Of a stretch of 64,000 nt of DNA, positions 55,488 through 62,926 are shown one piece after another (position 1 is the stretch's first letter; every line of letters starts with the position of its first letter). A program made the translations under genes and the position numbers. Source of the DNA: a bacterium (lineage in GTDB: Bacteria > Desulfobacterota > DSWW01); the NCBI GenBank assembly GCA_040756235.1, contig JBFLZG010000126.1, positions 1 through 64,000 of the forward strand, given 5' to 3'. The notes below the pieces were generated by a model that was not told the DNA's origin, did not search any database, and was given only the letters and a program-made list of their open reading frames with translations.

Positions 55488-56552
55488 ATGGTCAGGAATT
55501 GGATCGAAGTCCTGCGGACGTGCAATCTGCCCGAGGGGAGCGCCCTGGATCCGGTGAGCAAGTGGCTCATCATCACCAGATCCTGCGTGTTCTCCATGAC
55601 CGTGATCTCGGCTTTCGTGGGCGGCATGCTGGCGGCGATCGACGGTTCTTTCTCCTTGGGCTTGTGGCTGCTGGTCACGGCGGGGCTGGTGCTGGCCCAT
55701 GCCGCCAACAACATGGTCAACGATCTGTTCGACGAGGCGGGCGGGGTCGACACGGCGGATTACCCGAGGGCCAACTACGCGCCGCACCCGATTCTCGACC
55801 GCCTGGTCACGCGCAACCAGCTCATCGCTGCGATCGTGGTCTGCAACGTGCTGGACTTCCTCATTGCGCTCTACCTGGCCTGGGAGCGCGGGTGGGCGGT
55901 CATGGCCTTCGCCGTGGCCGGTCTTCTGACGAGCGTCTTCTACGTGGCCCCGCCTCTCAAGCTCAAGCATCGCGGTCTTGGGGAACCCGCCATCTTCCTC
56001 ATCTGGGGTCCGCTCATGATCGCGGGAACCTATTACGTGCTCGCCGGAAGCGTGTCCGCCGCAGTCTGGCTGGCCTCGATCCCTTACGGGCTTGCGGTCA
56101 CGACGGCCCTCATGTGCAAGCACCTGGACAAGGCGGACAAGGACGAGCAAAAGGGAGTGCGCACCCTTCCGGTGCTGCTGGGCCGCAGACGGGCCCAGCA
56201 GGCGACCGCGCTGCTGGTCTGGGGGTTCTACCTGTTCCTGGTCGGTCTCGTGGCATGCGGCATTCTGCCCTGGCTCACCTTGCTCGCGCTCCTGTCCCTT
56301 CCCAAGGCCAGCCGCGTGCTGGTGGCTCTGCAGGGGCCGGTCCCGACGACGAGCCAGGAGGCGTTCGATCTGGCCGAGGACGTGATTCCCGAGGACATGA
56401 AGAAGCGCTTCAAGCCGGGGCTTCCGCTCGAATCCTATCCTCTATGGCCTCTCTGGTACGTGGTGTGGGCGGTCTGGTGGACACGGAACGCGGGGGCCTG
56501 GTTCGTCGTCGGCCTGTTGCTGGCAGCGATCGCCCGCGGGCTGTTCGGTTGA
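55488..56552 (+). CDS. UbiA/MenA-family prenyltransferase
   Basis: HAANNMVNDLFD...GVD, FY..PP..LK.RGLGE, D...D..KG.RTL. Confidence 0.85.
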   Translation: MVRNWIEVLRTCNLPEGSALDPVSKWLIITRSCVFSMTVISAFVGGMLAAIDGSFSLGLWLLVTAGLVLAHAANNMVNDLFDEAGGVDTADYPRANYAPHPILDRLVTRNQLIAAIVVCNVLDFLIALYLAWERGWAVMAFAVAGLLTSVFYVAPPLKLKHRGLGEPAIFLIWGPLMIAGTYYVLAGSVSAAVWLASIPYGLAVTTALMCKHLDKADKDEQKGVRTLPVLLGRRRAQQATALLVWGFYLFLVGLVACGILPWLTLLALLSLPKASRVLVALQGPVPTTSQEAFDLAEDVIPEDMKKRFKPGLPLESYPLWPLWYVVWAVWWTRNAGAWFVVGLLLAAIARGLFG

Positions 56553-56626
56553 GCGCGGCCCGGCGCCGCGCCTGCGAGCGGCTCTTCTCGGAACGTTCTC
56601 GCTCGTCGCCAGGATCCAGGGGGCGG

Positions 56627-57472
56627 ATGCGTTCGTTCACGGACAGCCTGTTCGAGGCGATTCACCGGCGCATCGAGCGCCGCTACCCGGGATGGAACCC
56701 GGATGCCGCCCTGCGCTACCTTCCGGTCGCGCAAGCCTTGGGCCGGTCCGGGCCCGCCGCTCGGGTCCTGGATGTGGGCTCAGCAGGCGAGGGCCTTTCC
56801 CGCTACTGGGACGGCACGGCGTTCGAGCTGGACCTGCGCATGCCGCAAGGCCCGGGAGAGGCCGGTCCGAGCCGCCGCCGGGTGCTGGGCTCGGGGCTCG
56901 CCCTGCCCTTCCGGGACGGCGCCTTCGACGCGGTCGTCAGCTCGGACGTTCTCGAGCATCTGGCGCCCGAGGACCGTCCGTCCTTGGTGGGCGAGATGCT
57001 GCGGGTGGGGCGTCGGCAGATCGTGCTGGCCGTTCCCTGCGGGCAGGCTTCGCGGGAAGCCGAGGCCGAGGTCGACCGGGTGCATCGAGACCGGCACGGC
57101 CCCTCCCACGCCTGGCTGGAAGAGCACCTCCGGCACGGGCTCCCGGACGAGGAAGACGTCTTGCACGCGATCCGCAGCCGGGCGCTGGCTCTGGGAAAGG
57201 AGGCCTCGATCCGGGTCGAGGGCAACACCAACCTCGCGCTCTGGAGGTGGCTGTTCCGGCGGTACTTCGGGGCAGGCCCGAGGGGGGCCCGCCTCATGCG
57301 TGACGGCCTGCTCGCGCTCCTGCCTCTGCTCCGACACGCCCACTGGGGGAGAACGTACCGGAAGATCTTCTTCGTGCAGCTCCGTGCGCGCGCGCCGGAG
57401 CCAAGCTCCGGCACCGCTGGCCTGACGGGGCAAGACAAGACGGCCGGGCATGGTGCTGGTCCGGATCGATGA
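56627..57472 (+). CDS. Class I SAM-dependent methyltransferase
   Basis: VLDVGS, LPFRDGAFD.VVSSDVLEH, EMLRV; 3' part of the 55484 track ORF. Confidence 0.82.
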   Translation: MRSFTDSLFEAIHRRIERRYPGWNPDAALRYLPVAQALGRSGPAARVLDVGSAGEGLSRYWDGTAFELDLRMPQGPGEAGPSRRRVLGSGLALPFRDGAFDAVVSSDVLEHLAPEDRPSLVGEMLRVGRRQIVLAVPCGQASREAEAEVDRVHRDRHGPSHAWLEEHLRHGLPDEEDVLHAIRSRALALGKEASIRVEGNTNLALWRWLFRRYFGAGPRGARLMRDGLLALLPLLRHAHWGRTYRKIFFVQLRARAPEPSSGTAGLTGQDKTAGHGAGPDR

Positions 57473-57513
57473 GCATGCGTACAAGGGATGCAATCTTCTC
57501 GGAGGTGGAGTCC

Positions 57514-57987
57514 ATGAGTCCGGAAAAGAGACGGCGTGCCGGCGGCGAGGGCGGCGGCCAGGACCGGGCCCCGCACGCGGCAGTCGGCGAAGAGCTTCCC
57601 ATACCGGTCATCGAGCGGGCCATGAACCCGATCGGCCTGGGGGAAATCCCGGACCCGGACGGCTACGGGTTCGTGCAGGCGGACTGCGGCGACACCATGG
57701 AGATCTGCCTGCGCGTGCGGGAGAATCGTATCCAGGAGGCGCGGTTCACCACCACCGGATGCGGGCCCACGCTGGCCTGCGGCAGCGTAGCGGCCGAGCT
57801 TGCCCAGGGGCGCAAGGTGATCGAGGCGCTGCGCATCGGCCCCCGACAGATCTCGGAAGCGCTGGGCGGCCTGCCGGCCGCACGCCTTCATTGTGCCGAG
57901 TTCGCCCACCAGGCCCTGAAAAAGGCCCTGGACGATTACCTGACCCGCGCGCGGGATCCCTGGAAGAAGTACTATCCGCGGAGTTGA
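57514..57987 (+). CDS. NifU/IscU N-terminal-like Fe-S scaffold protein
   Basis: CGDTM, F.T.GC, ACGS, LGGLP...HCA; RBS GGAGGT. Confidence 0.85.
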   Translation: MSPEKRRRAGGEGGGQDRAPHAAVGEELPIPVIERAMNPIGLGEIPDPDGYGFVQADCGDTMEICLRVRENRIQEARFTTTGCGPTLACGSVAAELAQGRKVIEALRIGPRQISEALGGLPAARLHCAEFAHQALKKALDDYLTRARDPWKKYYPRS

Positions 57988-57994
57988 ATGGCCA

Positions 57995-58050
57995 TCAGCC
58001 GTCAGCTATCCACGCGGCCGCTCACCCCTGCAGACTGACAGCTGACGGCT
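57995..58050. repeat. Inverted heptamer repeats between convergent genes
   Basis: TCAGCCG-TCAGCTA ... CTGACAG-CTGACGG-CTG. Confidence 0.5.
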
Positions 58051-58959
58051 GGAAGCGGACAGCTTCTTGAAGAACCGTCGGCGCGCGCGCCTGTCACGCG
58101 GAGCCGGCCCGTTCGGCAGCGTGCAGCTCCTGAGCGGCTCATCGCACGATCTGCAGAGATCGAATCCTCTCCCCTCCTCGAGCAGGCAGGCCTTCCTGGC
58201 CGCCATGGTCTCGAATCCCTGGTCGACGAGGCTCCCGAGCGCCGTCTCGCCGCTCAAGTCGTGACAGCAGGCGAGCACTTCACCCTCCCAGGTGACGAAC
58301 GTGTGGAAGGCGAAAAGACCGCAGCCTTCCCGCCTTGATCCGCGCGCCGCCGGCACGTACAGGGCGGAAGGCGGGAGCTTCCCTCCTCGTCCATGGCAGT
58401 CGGCCATCCCGGCCCGCGCACCCAGGGAATCCCAGAATCGAACGAAGTCGCCTGCTTCTTCGCGGTTGAGCGCGGTGCGGACGCCTGAGACCCTGACGCC
58501 GACTTTGCCCCTGGCGAGCGCGATCAGGGTGCGGGCCGCTTCCAGCGCGTCCTCGAAGGAGAGCGCAGGGCAGATCTGCTCGAACACCGCCTTGCGCGAG
58601 CTGGGGAACGAGAGGAGGACCGAGTTGGGCCGGCACTCTACGAGGTCGCGGAGCGTGCCCGCATCGCGCAGCGAGGCGGGGTTCACGACCATGCGCACGT
58701 CGGCCCCGTGGCCACGCAGCGCGGTGCAGAACCGGAAAACGTCCGGGTGCCGCAGCGGATCTCCCATGCCCGAAAGAGAGACGAGGCTTCCCCTGGAGCC
58801 GAGCACCGGTGCGAGCCGGTGGAACACCTCCCGGGTCATCGTGCCGACCGGTCGGGAGAGGGCCTCCCGGGGGCAGAGCGCGCACCGATGCTCGCAGCGG
58901 TTGGTCAGCTCGAGGTCGACCGAGACGAAACTCCAGTCACGAAGCTGCTGATTTTGCAT
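58006..58959 (-). CDS. Radical SAM protein with SPASM/Twitch domain
   Basis: ELTNRCEHRCALCPR, GMGDPL.HP, C...G.V.ACCHD...LG...CRSC. Confidence 0.88.
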   Translation of the reverse strand: MQNQQLRDWSFVSVDLELTNRCEHRCALCPREALSRPVGTMTREVFHRLAPVLGSRGSLVSLSGMGDPLRHPDVFRFCTALRGHGADVRMVVNPASLRDAGTLRDLVECRPNSVLLSFPSSRKAVFEQICPALSFEDALEAARTLIALARGKVGVRVSGVRTALNREEAGDFVRFWDSLGARAGMADCHGRGGKLPPSALYVPAARGSRREGCGLFAFHTFVTWEGEVLACCHDLSGETALGSLVDQGFETMAARKACLLEEGRGFDLCRSCDEPLRSCTLPNGPAPRDRRARRRFFKKLSASSRQLSVCRGERPRG

Positions 58960-60019
58960 CGAGCACCGCCTCGAGCCATCCGGTCCCGAATCTCTGGTCC
59001 GGCTCCAGATAGTGTCCCTCGCTCCACTCGTTCCATGAAGCGACGAACGTCAGGTTGGACGCATGGGCAGCGGAGCTGAAGCGAACCGCAGCCTCGAGGA
59101 AGTCGCGGAACAGCTCCGGCCTCCCGCCGACCACGACCGGCCACCACGGGTAACGCATGATCCGGCGACCGCCGTGAAGGGCGCCGCGCGGCGTGGCGTC
59201 CCAGCCCGGAGACACGGAAGGAAAATACGGGAGGCGCGCCGCGCGGAAGAATCCTTCCCACTCCGATCTCCGGAGGGCCGTCAGCGTGCGGTAGTCCTGC
59301 AGGTACGGCCCCTTCCACTGCGGCAGGTGGACGTAGTGGGTCGCGCTGTCGAAACCGATGGCGGCCAGCGACGGTACCAGAAAGGGTGCGGGGTTGACCG
59401 CCATGAGATGCAGATCCGGCAGGCCCTGGCCGGAAAGGTACTCGCGGGCGGCACGGATCGCCTCGCGGGCGGTGGCCGCGCCCATCTGCCGTACGAAGAA
59501 CGTGGAGTCGAAAATGGAAAACAGGAAGCGTCCTTGCAGGCGGAAATAGCCCGGCCGCACGAAGTAATGTTCCGCAAGAAATCGGAGCAGGGCCAGGAAG
59601 TCCTCCGGATCGGTGTAGACCAGGCGTGAGGAATCGATCTCGGCCCCCCTCGTGCGCTTCACCGGGAGCACGCGCCTGGGCATGCGGTTGGCCCACATCA
59701 CCGCGAACGGGAAGGAGTTGCAGGCGGCGCCCAGGAACCCGTGGTCCAGGGCGCGCTCGAAGACCCGCTTCCCCCTGGACCAGAAGAACCCATAGACGAA
59801 CAGATCGATCCCGAAGGACCGGGCCAGCGAGACTTGCTGCTCGGCGGTGTGCGGAAGGGAATCGTCATAGGCCCCATGCAGAGGGAGGCGCGGCTGCTCG
59901 TGTCCCGGAAACCGGGGCAGCGCCCGGAGCACCAGATCCCACTCGCTCCACCTTGGAGGGAAACCTCTGTCCCGCTCCGGACAGCGGTGCCAGCCGGGAT
60001 AGACGTAGGCTGCGATCAT
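58937..60019 (-). CDS. WbsX-like / GH99-like TIM-barrel carbohydrate-active protein
   Basis: AYVYPGWH, WSEW, PRFPGH.QP, Q..LA..FGID.F, MWAN, PGWD..PR, WNEWSEG.YLEPD. Confidence 0.82.
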   Translation of the reverse strand: MIAAYVYPGWHRCPERDRGFPPRWSEWDLVLRALPRFPGHEQPRLPLHGAYDDSLPHTAEQQVSLARSFGIDLFVYGFFWSRGKRVFERALDHGFLGAACNSFPFAVMWANRMPRRVLPVKRTRGAEIDSSRLVYTDPEDFLALLRFLAEHYFVRPGYFRLQGRFLFSIFDSTFFVRQMGAATAREAIRAAREYLSGQGLPDLHLMAVNPAPFLVPSLAAIGFDSATHYVHLPQWKGPYLQDYRTLTALRRSEWEGFFRAARLPYFPSVSPGWDATPRGALHGGRRIMRYPWWPVVVGGRPELFRDFLEAAVRFSSAAHASNLTFVASWNEWSEGHYLEPDQRFGTGWLEAVLDAKSAAS

Positions 60020-60140
60020 GCCTGTTCCTCGAGCTTGCTCCCGGTCGAGGAATGGGGTTAAGCCGGAATCGTGTCCCTGCTCATTCTAGCCTGACCGAAG
60101 CCTTTCCCCAACCGGCACTGAGTTCATGTCGGAGCAAATA

Positions 60141-60188
60141 CGTTTTGAGCCCGAGACGACCGAGGGCGGTGCACCCGCCGCACGTAAC
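60141..60188. repeat. 48-nt dispersed repeat (copy 2)
   Basis: 45/48 identical to 39978-40025. Confidence 0.75.
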
Positions 60189-60351
60189 GCTTCAAGGCAC
60201 CCCTTCCCCTTTGAAATCCCCCTGGTTTTCCCTTATCCTCGACAGTCTGCGATCGGCGCTGCGGCAGCCCGGGCTCCCGCGGGCCGGCCGGCCCCGGGGC
60301 GGGGAATCCGGGCGGCAGGGCCGGGGCACTCGGATCGGTTGGAGGTGCATC

Positions 60352-61473
60352 GTGTGGGCTGAAATTCGAAAGCTGTTTCCGATCTGCGAGCGCTGCGTCT
60401 ACCTCAATAACGCGGGCGTCTGCCCGCCTTCCCTGCGGGTCCTCGAGGCACTCGAAGCCCATCACCGCAATCACGCTCTGCATGGATGGGGCAAGGTGCG
60501 CGCCGAGATCGCGGGGACCGAGGTCCGGATCAAGGAAATTCTGGCCGGCCTTCTCGGGTGCAAGCCGTCCTCGATCGCACTGGTTCACAACACTTCCGAA
60601 GGCATGAGCATCGTGGCCCAGGGCCTGTCGTGGAGGCCGGGGGACGTCGTCGTGGGGCTGGACCGGGAGTATCCGGCCAATGTGTACCCCTGGGTGAACC
60701 TCCAGGCCAAGGGGGTGCGGCACGTGCGACTCAGGCCCACGCACTCCAACGAGGACATCGTCCTCCTCGAGAGCTCGCTCGACCCTTCCGTCAAGGTCGT
60801 CGCCGTCTCGGCCGTGGACTGGTGCACCGGCCACGTCTATGACCTCGCCAGGCTGGGAGAGGCCTGCCGCGAGAGAGGCATCTGGCTCGTTGCGGACGTG
60901 GCGCAGGCCATGGGTACGGTTCCCGTAGATGCCGCCTCTACGCACGCGGCGGCCCTGGCAGGCTCTGCCTGGAAAGGACTGACGGGGCCGCTCGGAGTGG
61001 GCGTCTTCTATTGTTCCGATCCCCTGCTGGAGCGGCTGTCTCTCAGCTTCGTGGGTACGGACACCGTGGTGCATCCGCAGAGCTATCTCGATTACCGCTT
61101 CACCCCCAAGCCGGACGCGTCGAGATTCCAGTTCTCCACGCCGAACGTGAACGACTGGGTGCACCTGCGGGCCGCGCTCGAATTGCTGAACCAGATCGGG
61201 TTCGAGAAGGTCCGGGGCCGGATCCTGGAGCTCACGTCCATCCTGCAGCAGGGGCTCGAAAGGAAGGGATACGCCGTGGCGGGCTCGACCCGGCCTGCGG
61301 AGCGCTCCGGCATTCTGTCCTTCCGCCGGGAGGGGCTGGATGCGCGGCGCAAGGCGGCCGAGTTGGCGGGTCGCGGGATCGTGGTGGTCGAGAGGGACGG
61401 CTTCGTGCGCGTCTCCCCGCACGTCTACAACAACGAGGAGGACATGGATCGCCTCCTCAGAGCTCTGGACTGA
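60352..61473 (+). CDS. Aminotransferase class V PLP enzyme
   Basis: RBS GGAGGT + GTG; YLNNAG, NTSEG, EYPAN, D.AQ, SAWKGL.GP.G.G, RVSPH.YN. Confidence 0.88.
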   Translation: MWAEIRKLFPICERCVYLNNAGVCPPSLRVLEALEAHHRNHALHGWGKVRAEIAGTEVRIKEILAGLLGCKPSSIALVHNTSEGMSIVAQGLSWRPGDVVVGLDREYPANVYPWVNLQAKGVRHVRLRPTHSNEDIVLLESSLDPSVKVVAVSAVDWCTGHVYDLARLGEACRERGIWLVADVAQAMGTVPVDAASTHAAALAGSAWKGLTGPLGVGVFYCSDPLLERLSLSFVGTDTVVHPQSYLDYRFTPKPDASRFQFSTPNVNDWVHLRAALELLNQIGFEKVRGRILELTSILQQGLERKGYAVAGSTRPAERSGILSFRREGLDARRKAAELAGRGIVVVERDGFVRVSPHVYNNEEDMDRLLRALD

Positions 61474-61497
61474 GGGTCCGGACATCCGCGAGTCATC

Positions 61498-62910
61498 ATG
61501 AATAAGATACTCTGGATACTCGGAGTCGGGTGCGCGACCTGGCTGCTGGCTCTGTGGGCGCCGGAAGGGCCGTGCGAGGCGGCCTCTGCGGATGTCCGGC
61601 GGCCGGATGCGGCGGCTGCATCCGCCCTTCCGGACATCGTCATCATTTCCCTGGACACGACGAGAGCCGATCACCTCTCGCTCCACGGATACCCCCTGTC
61701 CACGACCCCCAATCTCGAGCGCATCGGAAAAGGCGGGATCGTCTTCGAGCAAGCCAGGACCGTGGTTCCCCTGACGGGTCCCTCCCACGCGTCGATGTTC
61801 ACGTCTCTTTATCCGCACCAGCACGGGTGCTTCCGGAACGGCATCCCGCTGAGAAAGGATGTCCTCACGCTGGCTCGGATCCTGAAGGAACGGGGGTACG
61901 ACACGGCGGCCTTCGTGAGCTCCTGGACCCTGAAGGGCACCCTTTGCGGGCTTGACTCCGGGTTCCGTCTGTACCGGGAGGACTTCACGCAGCGCTACAG
62001 TCTCATCAATCGGGAGCAGCCTGCCGATGAGGTGGCCCGGGCCGTGGCCGGCTTTCTCGACTCCGGAGAGCACTGGCGTCCCTTGTTCCTGTTCGTGCAC
62101 TTTTTCGATCCGCATGCTCCCTACCGGCGCCATCCGGGTCCGTGGGAAGCGCTCGGAAAGCAGGCCGGGGACCTCGGGCTCGACCTTCCCCGGACCGTCC
62201 TGGAATACGACAACGAGCTGGCGTACATGGATCACCATCTTGGCCTCCTGCTCGAAACTCTCGAGCGCAGGGGACTGCTCGAGAGCGGCCTGGTGTGGAT
62301 CGTGGGAGATCATGGGGAGAGCCTCGGAGAGCACGGGTACACCGGCCACGGCCGGAGGGTCTACGAGCAGATGATGCACGTGCCCTTGGTGCTCCTTGCT
62401 CGCCGCTGGGCTGCCCGGACAGCCGTCGTAAAGGAGGTCGTGTCCACTCTGGACATCGTTCCGACCACCCTGGGGTTCCTGGGAAAGTCGGCTCCGCTGG
62501 GCGACCCGGCTGAGGTCCTCTGTGCCTTCGAGGGCATGGACCTGTCCGGTCATCTGGTGCAAGGCACCACCGTTCCTTCCCGCCGCCTCTACTTCGAGAC
62601 CTTCAAGGGAACGTTGCGGAGGTTCACCCCAATCTTTGCCAAAGATGCTCCGGATCATCCTTTGTTCATGGGATATTACGAGAACAATATGAAGTATATT
62701 CTCGGATCTTCTTCGGGCCGCGAGGTGGAGATCTATGACTTGAAGTCGGATCCGGGAGAGACCCGGAACATGCGGTCCCGGAGCGGGGCCTCTTTCTCGC
62801 CGGCCGAGCTCCTCTCCTGGTTTCAGCAAGGCCGCTCTCCGCATGCGGTGAAAGTCGACCTCTCCCCCGACGACGTGGAAACCCTTCGCAGCCTCGGCTA
62901 CATCGACTGA
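61498..62910 (+). CDS. Sulfatase-like alkaline phosphatase superfamily protein, exported
   Basis: Signal peptide; LDTTRADH, TPN, TGPSHASMFT, DPHAPY, GDHGE, GHG, VPL, YDL..DP.E, LRSLGY. Confidence 0.87.
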   Translation: MNKILWILGVGCATWLLALWAPEGPCEAASADVRRPDAAAASALPDIVIISLDTTRADHLSLHGYPLSTTPNLERIGKGGIVFEQARTVVPLTGPSHASMFTSLYPHQHGCFRNGIPLRKDVLTLARILKERGYDTAAFVSSWTLKGTLCGLDSGFRLYREDFTQRYSLINREQPADEVARAVAGFLDSGEHWRPLFLFVHFFDPHAPYRRHPGPWEALGKQAGDLGLDLPRTVLEYDNELAYMDHHLGLLLETLERRGLLESGLVWIVGDHGESLGEHGYTGHGRRVYEQMMHVPLVLLARRWAARTAVVKEVVSTLDIVPTTLGFLGKSAPLGDPAEVLCAFEGMDLSGHLVQGTTVPSRRLYFETFKGTLRRFTPIFAKDAPDHPLFMGYYENNMKYILGSSSGREVEIYDLKSDPGETRNMRSRSGASFSPAELLSWFQQGRSPHAVKVDLSPDDVETLRSLGYID

Positions 62911-62926
62911 GCGGCAGGGGACTTCC

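Noticed and set aside
55484..57472. 662-aa track ORF as a fusion protein
   Set aside because: The 5' part is an off-frame read of the prenyltransferase; the methyltransferase starts at about 56627
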